Positions 14,093 to 26,040 of a DNA stretch of 64,000 bases are shown one piece after another. The stretch lies in assembly GCA_965644265.1 (NCBI GenBank), contig OZ286459.1, positions 18,352,001 through 18,416,000 of the forward strand, read 5' to 3'. Within the stretch, counting starts at the first letter, position 1, and every line of letters starts with the position of its first letter. Made by a program: the position numbers and the translations under genes. The notes beneath the pieces were generated by a model, which saw only the letters and a list, made by a program, of their open reading frames with translations, had not been told where the DNA came from and made no database searches. The DNA is from Glycera tridactyla. Its lineage: Eukaryota.

Positions 14093-14575
14093 CTACTTGT
14101 TGAAACCACATGATGTCAACCAGAACTGTATGTAGGGGTGACGCTGGGCACGGCGTCTTTTTCTGGGCATTGCAAAATAAAGCTGTTCTGACTGCTCATA
14201 TGTTTTGATGCAATCCTCCGAGTGGTCCTCATCCTGGTACTCGGAAAGTTGAAGGAATTCGATGAGTGATGTTGGAATGGGGAACTGACGAATGGCACTG
14301 ATGATTGATGTTTGTTTACGCACGGAACGAAGATGATTGCGGATGGTGGTACGGGACAGATGCATGAGCGTTGCCGGGCTCGTCATCACGTCTTTGATGG
14401 ACAGGATCACTGCTTCTCCGTAGTCATGATTTCCGTTCTCTAAGAGTCCGTTCAGCAGCTGCTCGTCACTGCGCCGAAAACGGTAACCAGCAGCGAGAAA
14501 ACATGAGATGAGCTGCCGACCTTGTGCATCAATGCAACCTGTATTGTGCTTCAGCATGGAGAGCAAATCATGAAC
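14093..14575 (-). CDS. ASB-family gene, last coding exon (SOCS box)
   Basis: Acceptor ttttggttgtag|GTT, phase 0; encodes ...SPATLMHLSRTTIRNHLRSVRKQTSIISAIRQFPIPTSLIEFLQLSEY..., a SOCS box (BC-box plus Cul-box pattern); stop at 14093-14095. Confidence 0.88.
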   Translation of the reverse strand, partial: VHDLLSMLKHNTGCIDAQGRQLISCFLAAGYRFRRSDEQLLNGLLENGNHDYGEAVILSIKDVMTSPATLMHLSRTTIRNHLRSVRKQTSIISAIRQFPIPTSLIEFLQLSEYQDEDHSEDCIKTYEQSEQLYFAMPRKRRRAQRHPYIQFWLTSCGFNK

Positions 14576-15236
14576 CTACAACCAAAATCACCAGCAAATA
14601 ATTCAATTTCATTAATCCCCATTTTCTATTTATGTGAGACAAGGCATGAATTCCCAAAAGGTTCGCCCGCANNNNNNNNNNNNNNNNNNNNNNNNNNNNN
14701 NNNNNNNNNNNNNNNNNNNNNNNNNNNNNNNNNNNNNNNNNNNNNNNNNNNNNNNNNNNNNNNNNNNNNNNNNNNNNNNNNNNNNNNNNNNNNNNNNNNN
14801 NNGCTTTAGCACCCAAACAATTTTAAGCAATTTCAAGCCATTATTATCTCCTTCTATGGGCCGATTGTCCCTGTGATTTTGTCTCTATTGATCATCAAGG
14901 AATAAAGGGTGTTTCATTGTATTTAAAGACCCATTATATCTCCACTCACTAATCTGTCAGAAAATCTGAAGCTCTGTGTCTGCATGCATGCATACACCAT
15001 AGATGCCAACCTTTGAAAGACGAATAGTAGCACTGTCAATTTTAAGGAATAGAAGAGCCAGTATTTGCAATGGAATGATAGGGAAAATCCTGATTTTGCA
15101 CAGTAGTATCAACCATAAAATGCAATAATTTTGGCAAAAAAGTAGTTGCTACTCCAAAATTGTCATGCTTGGCATCTCCGATACACACACACATACGTTC
15201 TATACACAAAAACAGCCAGTATTATGTGTACTCTAC

Positions 15237-15387
15237 CTGATATTTATTGGGGTTGAATCCATGCCTGAGTAAAAGGATGGCAATGGACAGCCAGCAGTAC
15301 TGGACTGCCAGCATAAGCAGAGTGAAAGGACCATGTCGACCATACAACTTCATCCGATAATCAGTTTCATGCTTTCCGCGAATTTTT
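15237..15387 (-). CDS. ASB-family gene, coding exon 4
   Basis: Acceptor ttttctttttcag|A (phase 2); KIRGKHETDYRMKLYGRHGPFTLLMLAVQYCWLSIAILLLRHGFNPNKYQ (ankyrin-like LLLRHGFNPN); donor CAG|GTAGAG, phase 0. Confidence 0.85.
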
Positions 15388-16007
15388 CTGAAAAAGAAAA
15401 GAAAAATGTGAAAAATATGCATGCATGAATGATATACTACATGTTATGTATGTAGAAGCATGTATACTGGCTCCAATTGATAAGAGTTGAGCAAAAGCCA
15501 TGTATGTGAGGTGAAGTGTTGCTGGTTCAGGGAGCAATACCAATGACTCATATGCAGCCAACCAGATTTATATTTCTTTTTCTTTGAGATAAGGATGTCC
15601 CCGCATTGGCGCTATAAAAATATTTCCTGTAGCAAGTTACTCCTGTCTGGAACTCAATATTGGGCGAGAAATCAAAGTTGTGGCAAACTGAATTCATCTC
15701 ATAATGCTTTTGGCTGAAGGATGAATAATTAGGCTAATACAAAGAAGAGGCCACTTTAGCCAGATTTTTCATGACTGAATGAGCGATATGAGAGGATCTA
15801 GTCCCTGTTTTGATTTCCTCCACTTTGATTTCTTTTAGCCAGTTTGGCTAAAGACATGATAATTCCTAAAACTAGACGTGAGAAGCATTAGCCACTGGCT
15901 ATCAGCTAGCCCCTACATAGTGTTCATTCTTTTAATGGGAGGACACAGATCTAGTAAAGCTCACACATCACAGACAGATTTTAATTCCGAGAGAGTGAGT
16001 GCATTAC

Positions 16008-16143
16008 CTCATGTTTCCCCAACTACGAACATTGAGCCTACAACCAGCTTCAAGCAGCATGTTGGTGATGGCGATATCGCCGTGATAGATGGCGATGACT
16101 AGTGGTGATTCTTGAAATAAGTCCAACTTATTCACATCACAAC
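16008..16143 (-). CDS. ASB-family gene, coding exon 3 (not in the ORF track)
   Basis: Acceptor gattacag|GT (phase 1); GCDVNKLDLFQESPLVIAIYHGDIAITNMLLEAGCRLNVRSWGNM(R) is a clear ankyrin repeat; donor AG|GTAATG, phase 2. Confidence 0.88.
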
Positions 16144-16394
16144 CTGTAATCAACATCATTCAATGAAATGGAGATCAAGGTAGTAAAACCAACAATCAAT
16201 ATCAATCAAATAAATGGAGATCAAGACAAGTGCACCAGTCATGTTGGCCTCGATTTAACAATGCAGTGGTTCTTTTCTAAGGTACCAGTTCAATGTTGTA
16301 CACTGAATTGGAACATGAGTAATTATTACCTTGACAAACATATGCTCCTTGTCAGATATTGTGAGTGCTGAACTGTTTGCCTTATCTGCATATA

Positions 16395-16569
16395 CAGTAG
16401 AACCTGTCTATAAAGACCACCTTCGGTCGCATCAAAACGCGGTCTTTATGGGCAGGTGGTCTTTATAGAGGTCATTCACTGTTGAAAATATTACCACGGT
16501 CGCAGCTCAGGTTGTCTTTATAGAGAGGTGGTCTTCATAGAGAGGTGGTCTTTAGAGCAGGTTCGACTT
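16395..16569. mobile_element. MITE, CAGT-type subfamily 2, in ASB intron
   Basis: ta|cagtagaacctgtctataaagacc ... ggtctttagagcaggttcgactt|ta. Confidence 0.75.
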
Positions 16570-17246
16570 TATAATAATAATCAAAATAATAATAATATTA
16601 ATCATTAATTTCACTTTTAGAGTACATGTACATACTTGCAGTGATGAATATTGTGAGAATTGATTGTGGGAACTGATCAAGATATGTGACTGGTGGTGAC
16701 AGCCCCCGGAGAGCTGCTAAAAACCTTGAAATCCATCCAGATGTCTGAATGGTGAGAAGCCACTGAAAAGTATATGATTCTCCACCAGGTTATCGACTGA
16801 AAATTGCTTTTGCAGATGATGAATTAATGAGGTGATGTTGGAAAATATAGTTGAGTTCTGATGATGCACATGCTATTTTCTTCAATGTCATGGTAATATG
16901 GATAATGAAGTGAACTGAGAGACTGAATGGAATTGTCTTTGCCCCCATCAAGCAGCAACTTTCAGTCGATCATTTGCAGATGAAGAATGTAATCTTTTGT
17001 GTGCCAACCATCCAAGAATAGCAAAAGTCTACTGCTTACTCCAAAATGAGTTTGCACCCATCAAATCATTTCCACAAACAAAAATATGACTTTTCACTCA
17101 TGGACCTCCCTGGAGAAACCCCAAAGAAATCACTTATTATTTCATTTATGTGGGACTGCTGGAATTTGGAAATTCTGTTTGAAAACTTCAGAAAAACATA
17201 TCTCAGTGAGATTACATCCCCACAAACATTTTTTTTGTTCCAATAC

Positions 17247-17386
17247 CTTCTTCAATGAGCAGCTGTATGACATCTTGGCGTCCATGCCAGACTGCGATGT
17301 GAAGTGGTGCCATATCATGATATGCTCCAGCATTGATATCTGCACCAAAATCCAACAGTTCCTGGATGAGCTCCATGTCGCATTTC
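17247..17386 (-). CDS. ASB-family gene, coding exon 2
   Basis: Acceptor tttttctgtatgttcag|G (phase 2); KCDMELIQELLDFGADINAGAYHDMAPLHIAVWHGRQDVIQLLIEE is an ankyrin repeat; donor G|GTATTG, phase 1. Confidence 0.9.
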
Positions 17387-17646
17387 CTGAACATACAGAA
17401 AAAATGCTTCATTGGTGATCCCTCATTAACAACAGGAACACTGTATTGAGAGGTAGACCAAACAAAGCGTCACATCCTTGTGGATTCATCCACAGTTAAA
17501 AGGGTTAATTCAACCAGGAGAGTTCTGATATGTGAAGTTAGGTTAACTGATCAGATCTACATAATTTCAACATTTCAAAAATAGTATGGTAATTTGAGTT
17601 CATCAAGTGTTTGCTCACTGGACTGCTGCGGAAAGATTACTATTTA

Positions 17647-17822
17647 CAGTAAAACCTGTACTAAGTGAAAAGTCACGGGACCAAATTTTCCCTCCACTTA
17701 AGACAGGATTTTGCTTAGCGCAGGACAATTATAGTGAGAAAAAACATCCGGGCAGACCGTGGGGTATGTGCTTACGACAGGATTTTGTCTAGCAAAGGTT
17801 TACACTCGAGCAGGTTTTACTG
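17647..17822. mobile_element. MITE, CAGT-type subfamily 3, in ASB intron
   Basis: ta|cagtaaaacctgtactaagtg ... cactcgagcaggttttactg|ta. Confidence 0.75.
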
Positions 17823-18056
17823 TATTGGAAACATACGCCTCATATGGTGGCACTGCTTTCAACTATTAGCAGAATTTGATTTTAAACTAACAATTTGTCT
17901 CAGCCTAAGGGGGATTGATCTCTCTGGGTGAGCTGTCAATGTCACATTTGTTCGTGAGCATAGTACTGATAGCAATTGAGCTCAGACTTTCTTGTAATTT
18001 GCAGATCAATGATATGCTATACTGAAGTCACTGATACTCGAAACTTAATCACTGAC

Positions 18057-18316
18057 CTGCAGGCTTCATGAAGTGCCATCCACATGAACGCATCTCCGTC
18101 ATGATTATGAATGTAGCAGACTGTATTTGGGTCACCAACACCTCGGAGAAGCACACTCACAACACCCAAATCATTTCTCTTCACAGCAATAAGCATGGGC
18201 GTGAGTCCTTGCTCCAGGTCATTGACGCCACTTTGCCGCAAACGCAGCAGTCGCTGGACCTGGCGGGCATCACCGGCCCGTGCTGCCTCATGTAACGAGC
18301 TTGGTCCGACCCCCAT
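18057..18316 (-). CDS. ASB-family gene, probable first coding exon
   Basis: tccATGG start; MGVGPSSLHEAARAGDARQVQRLL...GLTPMLIAVKRNDLGVVSVLLRGVGDPN...WMALHEAC(R) carries ankyrin repeats; donor AG|GTCAGT, phase 2. The five exons total 1170 nt = 389 aa plus stop. The start codon is uncertain because the frame is open upstream to an acceptor at 18411. Confidence 0.85.
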
Positions 18317-18559
18317 GGAATCATGCTCTATGTGAAACTTGGAAGGGAGGGCTTCATCCCAAATATATGTAGCGAAGATATGCCACAAAGGACATCTTAT
18401 GCTGGTCCATTCTTGGAGGTATAAGGTAAAATGCAGCAGACAGAATTCTTGAAGATGCACACTCAAAACGGACTGTCCATAGCTGATTTTCTTAAGATGG
18501 TGAACATCTGAATAAAATATATATCGATTCAATCATACATATTAACCATACTGAATAAC

Positions 18560-18945
18560 GGTATCAGGACAGGTCCTAACCAAGACCGCTTATACCCTGC
18601 ATATCGCCGGGACCACTCATAACCACGGCAGGACCAACTTTGACTGATAACTTAGAAATTGTCCGAATTTCTGATGATAGATATCTCACGAATCTATACC
18701 TAAAAACTATATTTATTGATCAGTGAGGTATCGTCAAATTTGATTGTTGGAATCAGTATAGAAGCAAACTTATTCAACAATTTGAGATCTGAGCACGGGG
18801 ATCGGGAGACTGCAAGGTGTCAATTAGCCTGCCCGGGAACACTCAATCGCCGTGCAGGTACCTCTGGTACGGGTACGGGGTACAAACGGTCTCACATCCA
18901 GGGTACGAGCGGTCTCGGCTACGACCTGTCCGACATTCCTGAATA
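18560..18945. repeat. Diverged monomer of the 378-bp satellite
   Basis: Contains ggagactgcaaggtgtcaat.agcct and gggtacgagcggtctc.g.tacga.ctgtccgacattc, as in the 22562-23931 units. Confidence 0.7.
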
Positions 18946-19244
18946 ACCATGAGCACTGTGAAACTCCACTGATCCACATATTCATTTGAGCGGACTGACA
19001 TTTCAGAGAGGGCGAGTGGGCAAAAATGCCAAGGTGGTCCGAGGAAGATGGACGTTTCTGGAAAATGATGGCCATTTTACGAAAAATGAATCATACAACA
19101 GTTGCATCCAAATATTGGGCAGGTGAGTTTCCCGTGTTTTTTTGAGGTGAAAAAAGCAACCACTGTGTGACTCAGTGAATCAAAGTAATGAATATTTTGA
19201 ATTTGAATTTGTGAATTTTTCACGCCCTGATTGCAAGTATTTAT

Positions 19245-20041
19245 CAGGTTGGGGCCTGGCCTGTTATTCCAGTACGTACTGGAATCACAGGGCGTACTGG
19301 AATCACAGGATGGTGGGTGTACTGTAATCACAGGGCGTACTGGGATTTCAGTACACCCTGCAGTGATGAGTGAGTTTTGAGTAAATAACCAAGTGTGTTC
19401 AGATTTTTCCTTACTGTTCTCTGGAACTGTGATTTTCATTGCCTGTAAAGTACTGTCATGAAAATACTGTACTTTCTGATTCAGGAAATAACAATATTGT
19501 AGCAATTGTGTGAGTTTGAGCAGAATTGTATACCATTGAAAATAGGCAGATGTGTGTTATTCATGATCTCTGATGTCAAAATCAGCTTGCCATTGGAAAA
19601 CCGCTCGGTGGATTTTTCTCAACTTGCACTCAAATTGAAGAGTGAACTTCTGCCTCCAAAATAAACATGAATTTACAGTGAGCTCATCATAAAAAAATTT
19701 GTCAGGATACAAAAATCTGTCAAGGTTTTATGATTTTTCATCTTTGCCTCCAACTCCCAACTGCATATTTCAGCTCCAAATTACCCGATTTTGATAAAAG
19801 TGGGCTCTTCTTAATCAGTAAATAATCAGTTTTCAAGCCAATATCTGTCAGCAAGTGGGATTTTGGAATAAATAGTGATTTTGAGGGAAAGTGTGGACCT
19901 ATTCATGGTTGACTGATAGCCTAAGCTCAGTGTCCTGGGATCCCAGGACGTACTGTAATCACAGTACACCTGGTGTACTGTGATTTCAGTACGCCCTGTG
20001 ATTCCAGTACGTACTGGGATAACAGGCCAGGCCCTAACCTG
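19245..20041. mobile_element. Non-autonomous TIR element with CAGG termini and 5-bp TSD (hAT5-like, inferred)
   Basis: ~65-bp TIRs caggttggggcctggcctgttattccagtacgtactggaatcacagggcg / its reverse complement ending aacctg; flanks tttat|...|tttat; subterminal cgtactg(g)aatcacag repeats. Confidence 0.75.
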
Positions 20042-20102
20042 TTTATCGTTTATATAGACATCAACTTGCAAAGAGAAAACAATGGCAAAAACAGTATGTG
20101 AA

Positions 20103-21997
20103 CAGGTCGCGGAAAACCTCCGAATTGGCCAACGTTGGCCAAATGAGCGACGTTGGCCAATTGACGGACGGGGAATACCTTGATCACGTGATCGCGCTAA
20201 GAATAGATTTCGTCAAAACGCGAATTTTCGCTAATAACGGCCATACACAGTGATAAATACTTCAACCATTACCAACGAACATCATCTCTTGTTAAAGAGC
20301 GATCGTTTTGATTGACTTTGAGATACAGAATACTGCAAATGGCAGCGTTTTCAGAGAGAATCCACTCCGGGGTGATCGCCGCCAGGTGTCACCAAGAAAA
20401 GTGGCAGGAGCGCCTGATTCTCAATGGCGAAAGTTTGCCGTAAAATCGTAACTTTGCAGTCGTATTTGGAGGGGATAAACATGTCAGAATATTATGAAAT
20501 CTCCACAAGGTGATCTCCCATTCATGGTCTTTATGGTCCCATGTTCGCTTTTGTTCTATGTCATGCGGTTACTGGACTATCCAGCATCAAAGTTGGGAAG
20601 TCGGCGAGTGAAAAACAAGATGGCGGCGATTGTTTACATCCGATATTGCCGACTTTGGGTCGCAATTGAAAAAAAGTAATACTTAGGATTCAAAATGTAA
20701 TACATACAATCGATGGGGAATTTAGTTCTCTTTATACATACGAGAAATCTCGTTGCGGCGGCTTTCTCAATTTTGCGCGCAGAGGAATTACCAGGTCGCG
20801 GACAACCTGCCAATTGGGCTACGTGGCTTAATTGGAGGGCGTTAGTCAATTCACGGACGCCTCTCATTTGACGGACGCTGAATAAAATGCAGATTCTCGC
20901 CATCATATGTGATTTATCGCCGAAAATCCAACACAAACTGATGAAAGGCATAATAACCATCAAACGTGAGAAGTTTTGGAGCTATCGTTCATGTTTCCGA
21001 GCGCTGGTGACGAATTTTCTAAGTGACAACGATCCCGAAACTCAACCTTCCTCCAGCATTTCCTCCACGCGCAAAATTGAGGAAGCCGCCGCAACGAGGT
21101 TTTTCCTATGTGAGAAGAAAACAAAATTCTCCATCGATTGTATGTATTACATTTTGAATCGTATGTATTCATTTTTTTATATCTTGGCCGAAAGTCGGCG
21201 ATATCGGATGTAAACAATCGCCGCCATCTTGTTTTTTCACTCGTCAGCTCCTCAACTTTGAGGCTGGATATTCCAGCAACGGCACAATATAGAACAAAAG
21301 CGAATACGGGATTCTAATAACAAGAGTTGGAAGATTACTCAATCAAAGTTTCCTAATTTTTCAACGTGTATATCCTCTCCAAATACGAGTGCAAAGTTAC
21401 GATTTTACGGCAAACTTTCGCCATTGCGAATCATGCATTCCCGCTCCCCGTGTTGGAGACCTCTGGCGGAGGTTCTTGGCGATGGCCCGGCGATGGATTC
21501 CCCCTCAGAACCCCGCCATTTGCCATTTTTACATCGCAAAAGGTGTGCAAACGATCGTTTTCTGACATGTTATGATGGTTACTGGTGAAAGTTGATGTAT
21601 TTATGGCCATATATCGCAGGCACTCACGATTTTTCGAAATCGTGATGACGTCATTGGGAAACCCCCGTCCGTCAAATTACTAACGCCCTCCAAATAAGCT
21701 ACGTAGCCCATTTCAGACGTTGTCCGCGACCTGATTACTGGAGGAAGGTTGATATTTGGGATTGTTGTCATTCAGAAAAATCGCCGCCAGCGCTCGGAAA
21801 CGTCACTGATATCCATCAAACTTCTCACGTTAGAAGATTATTACATGTCTAATTGTGTGGGATTTTCAATGAAATTTGGTTTTTAATGGCAAGAATCGGT
21901 GCTTTTTCAAGCGTCCGTCAATTGGCAGGCGTTGGTCAATTGGCCAACGCTGCTCAATTGGCCAACGTCGTCCAATTGGAGGGTTTTCCGCGACCTG
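20103..21997. mobile_element. Outer ~948-bp CAGG-ended element (TSD gtgaa) carrying a nested sibling
   Basis: TIR caggtcgcggaaaacc / ggttttccgcgacctg; gtgaa directly repeated at 20098-20102 and 21998-22002; subterminal ttggccaa repeats. Confidence 0.85.
20792..21733. mobile_element. Inner 942-bp sibling element inserted antiparallel (TSD attac)
   Basis: TIR caggtcgcggacaac / gttgtccgcgacctg; attac at 20787-20791 and 21734-21738; the interior is the reverse complement of the outer element. Confidence 0.85.
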
Positions 21998-22561
21998 GTG
22001 AAGATAATGAACATCATCATGACAATCATTGACTCATATCACTGATGCCTGGCTCATGACAGCAGGTTCAAGGCACAATTTTAGCTGGTAAATGACAGAT
22101 GACCCAAGCCAGTTCAAGCAATCGAGTGTTCTTTATCACACGATCACAACGCACGCTATATCCGGCGAGTATATCAATTACGAAATGCACTTAACACTTA
22201 TGAAAACAGCAGTGGAACGGGAAAACAGAAAAAAACGTACAGCAAGCTGAATACGAACAACTCACTTAGCCTGCAGGAATTTTTTACAGCTTTTGTTATG
22301 TATGTGCATAATTTCTGTCACTCCGCGGAAAACAGATCACCGTGGACCGGTGAATTCGTCAAGTAACGCTAGATGGCAGTTTGCACGCATGTTGCTTACG
22401 CCTACACGAACTTCCTATCGTTTGATATCTATTCTGCTGACTGACACTGATGGAGAGTTGGCCTCACAGCAACTTACCAGGAATTATCTTTAGATATGTA
22501 AATATGCCAACAGACTGAAAATTTGCTTCATGCACAAAATGATGGCTAAATCATTGACAGC

Positions 22562-23931
22562 ATTACCAATAAGTAGTTCTAACGATCTGTGAAATTTAGG
22601 CGATTTTCGTTGCTCCTAACATTGTTTAAATGAAGATTTTCAACACATCGGAGCTTCGAGTGAGGGAGTTAGGAGACCGCAAGGTGTCAATCAGCCTCCC
22701 TGTGAACCCATGATCGCCGAGGGTACAAGTGCTTCCACGTACGGGGTATGACCTGTCTGGCTTCCCGGGTACGAGCGGTCTCAGTTACGAGCTGTCCGAC
22801 ATTCACTCAGGACAACTCGTAACCAAGATCGCTCATACCCCGCATAACGCCAGGACGAGTCGTAACCGCGGCGGTTTCCGGAAAACTGTTGGAGATTCTT
22901 GGATGATAATTCCAGGGATTATCACCAGTGATTACCAATAAGTATTTCTAATGATCTGTGATATTTAGGCGATTTTCGTTGCTCCTAACATTGTTTAAAT
23001 GAAGATTTTCAACACATTGGAGCTTCGATTACAGGAGTTAGGAGACTGCAAGGTGGCAATCAGCCTCCCCGTGAACCGTGATCGCCGAGGGTACAAGTGC
23101 TTCCACGTATGTGGTATGACCTGTCTCGCTTCCTGGGTACGAGCGGTCTCAGTTACGAGCTGTCCGACATTCACAGCAGCGGGATCGGGACAACTCGTAA
23201 CCGAGACCGCTTGTACCCTGCATAACGCCGGGACAAGTTGTAACCGTGGCGGTTTCCGGAAAACTGTTGGAGATTCTTGGATGATAATTCCAGGGATTAT
23301 CACCAGTGATTACCAATAAGTATTTCTAATGATCTGTGATATTTAGGCGATTTTCGTTGCTCCTAACATTGTTTAAATGAAGATTTTCAACACATTGGAG
23401 CTTCGATTACGGGAGTTAGGAGACTGCAAGGTGGCAATCAGCCTCCCCGTGAACCGTGATCGCCGAGGGTACAAGTGCTTCCACGTATGTGGTATGACCT
23501 GTCTCGCTTCCTGGGTACGAGCGGTCTCAGTTACGAGCTGTCCGACATTCACAGCAGCGGGATCGGGACAACTCGTAACCGAGACCGCTTGTACCCTGCA
23601 TAACGCCGGGACAAGTTGTAACCGTGGCGGTTTCCGGAAAACTGTTAGTGATTCTTGGATGATAATTCTAGGGATTATTATCAGTGATTACCAATAAGTA
23701 GTTCTAACGATCTGTGAAATTTAGGCGATTTTCGTTGCTCCTAACATTGTCTAAATGAAGCTTTTCAACACATCGCAGCTTCGAGTACAGGAGTTAGGAG
23801 ACCGCAAGGTGTCAATCAGCCTCCCTGTGAACCCGTGATCGCCGAGGGTACAAGTGCTTCCACGTACAGGGTATGACCTGTCTGGCTTCCCGGGTACGAG
23901 CGGTCTCAGTTACGAACTGTCCGATATTCAC
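22562..23931. repeat. Tandem satellite, ~3.6 units of ~378 bp
   Basis: ttaccaataagta.ttctaa.gatctgtga recurs at ~22562, 22931, 23309 and 23687; near-identical 106-aa ORFs are offset by exactly 378 bp. Confidence 0.93.
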
Positions 23932-25575
23932 TATACGAAGTACATTTTTTAGCTGGAACTGGTGTCCTGTAAATTTGAATTTGACACCAAGTGCACATAG
24001 CCAGAGGCAGATACCTCAAGAGCAAACTAATTATGATATCAGTGACCCACTATCTTTTTCCGCACCTCCATCCCCCTCATCCCTGCCATACTGCTCCCTC
24101 AGAATTCCCCATATCATTCTCTAGTAATCCAAATTGGTAAAGTTTGGGAATGTATTTTAACACTTTGGCACCAATTTGATCTGGTAATAAAATACTCTTG
24201 CAACTTGAATAGTCTTTTGAACCAGGTGCCCAGGGTGTGGCCTTTGATACCCACAACAACATGTGCAAACCAAGCGGAAAGAACGACCTACATGCCTGCA
24301 ACGGATTTATGATTAGCCGCAGCATCTGCAAACCGGAGAGGGGAATAGAGTGCACCCTTAAGTGGAATGTGTATATATCATGTCAACGTTTACATACGAA
24401 TGAGCAATGCCACGGAACTCTTTTATTTCATTCTAATTCATTTTACTTTAGGACAAATTCTATGCAATGAAGGAACAATGAAATTTTGGCCTGACAATGA
24501 TTTTACTCGAATCAAAGAGGTGGGTCGGCGTAAACTGGCGGACGTCCATACAAGACAAGACTGATGCCAAGAATGCACTGGCATCTATTCATAGGCTATT
24601 GAATCAGATCTAGTAGTTGGTGGAACTACAATACGCCAACAAAATCGTCAAACTGTGCACGGAGGTGGCAAGTTAGATGCAGTCACTTCGATTCTCATCT
24701 GAGCAACACTGTGACCATCAGACACATGGACAAGATTCACCATTCCATACTGGATCTGCACCATTACATATATCTGTATAATCTGCGCTATTCTTGATGT
24801 ATTCTTGATATATCCACTCCTGTATGTTCTGCTCATTACATTAATCCAGTCACGGAAGTATCTATACTTTTCCCCTAATATAGGATTGTCGTGAGAAATA
24901 ATCTCTGCCGCGCCTAAACTGATGAAATAATCAGCAACCCAACTGTTAGTGTAGGATAATTTGTAATTTCGTGTATTTTTGGTAAGAGTAAAAACTCACT
25001 TGATTTTGAAAGAGGGTGTCATAAGGAATAAGACATTAGTGTGGCATTTTTTCTTGACTTTCTGAGGGTAAGGAATCCAAGACGGCGTCCGAAATGGCTT
25101 GAGCACACACAAATGCGACATCTTTGCAAGTAATGTGTATATGATATAGTTACAGATAGAATATCCAAATGTATCTTTTGAGACACAGACACCAATGGAA
25201 TCATGACATCTAAGTTAGTACTATGATGATCTACATACTCGAGCCCAAATGGCGTCAAATATGGCCACCGCACACGCCAATATCTGCAGTCTACTAGTAT
25301 GCCTTTATAAACATTATTAATTATAAAACTGCATTTTGTTGGCATAGTTATAACCAAGTATCATTTAAAGATATATATTTATCACAAATAATTCCTAATT
25401 ACCAGGTAAAAATATATCCAGATACGATGGGATAATTGAAATACTGTTCAATCTCATTCCAACACAAAGATGCAGAAAAACATACTGGTTAAGTATATGT
25501 CTATCAAGTAGTAGTCTAGGGACATCAATTGAATCAATATTAATGGATGTTACAGACAATAATATCTTGAACCTC

Positions 25576-26040
25576 CTAGTCCCCCTTCATCCCTGATTGG
25601 ATAATTTTGTTGTTGCAACTGCAAACTCGGCATCCACAAAGTTCTGAACACGGCATAGTGTTCTTGCGACAGCTGCACTTTCTTTTACATCCACATTTGA
25701 AGGCGCCCTTTATGAGGTGCAGCACTGCTTCTAGAGATGTTGGATTCAAACAGTGAAGGGATAAGTAGTCACCCGGGCCTGTATCAAATGTCCAACCAAA
25801 TGCAGCTGATCCTGGGAGATATTGATGATTTCCACCGATTTCCTCCCAATCATTGCTATACAGTGTGCCTGACAAATGTGCAGGACCAGTGAACCAGATG
25901 TTGGTGGGGGATTTCCCCATCAGCCGCAAAATTTGATTAGAGAAACTTCTGTTTGGACTTCGGACTGATACAATATACAGATGAAGCGTACCAAATGAGA
26001 GCATGTATGAGTAGGCAGAAACATTGTCATCCTCAAGCAT
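25576..26040 (-). pseudogene. C-terminal remnant of an Academ-type transposase protein (Cys8 / tesmin-like CXC finger)
   Basis: LP..AAFGW...L.LIK...CGCKRKCSCRKNTMPCSELCGC..CSCNN plus, in an adjacent frame, PPPTSGSLVLHICQAHCIAMIGRKS (cf. LPPT..AL..H..RA.YQA.IW). Superfamily assignment is from memory of the motif. Confidence 0.6.

Noticed and set aside
15440-15561. Ankyrin-looking stretch (TLHLTYMAFAQLLSIGASIHA) in an ASB intron
   Set aside because: No convincing splice sites, and the gene model closes in phase without it.
16640-17040. Ankyrin-like fragments (KLLLDGGKD) in an ASB intron
   Set aside because: Interrupted by stops, no splice support, and the region contains a short inverted repeat suggesting TE debris.
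22999-23697. Two near-identical 106-aa ORFs
   Set aside because: By-product of the 378-bp satellite; no recognisable domain, and the frame is not kept in the other units.
24648-25357. Short ORFs with gene-like composition (e.g. DVAFVCAQAISDAVL in one frame)
   Set aside because: Could not assign a family or a consistent exon chain.
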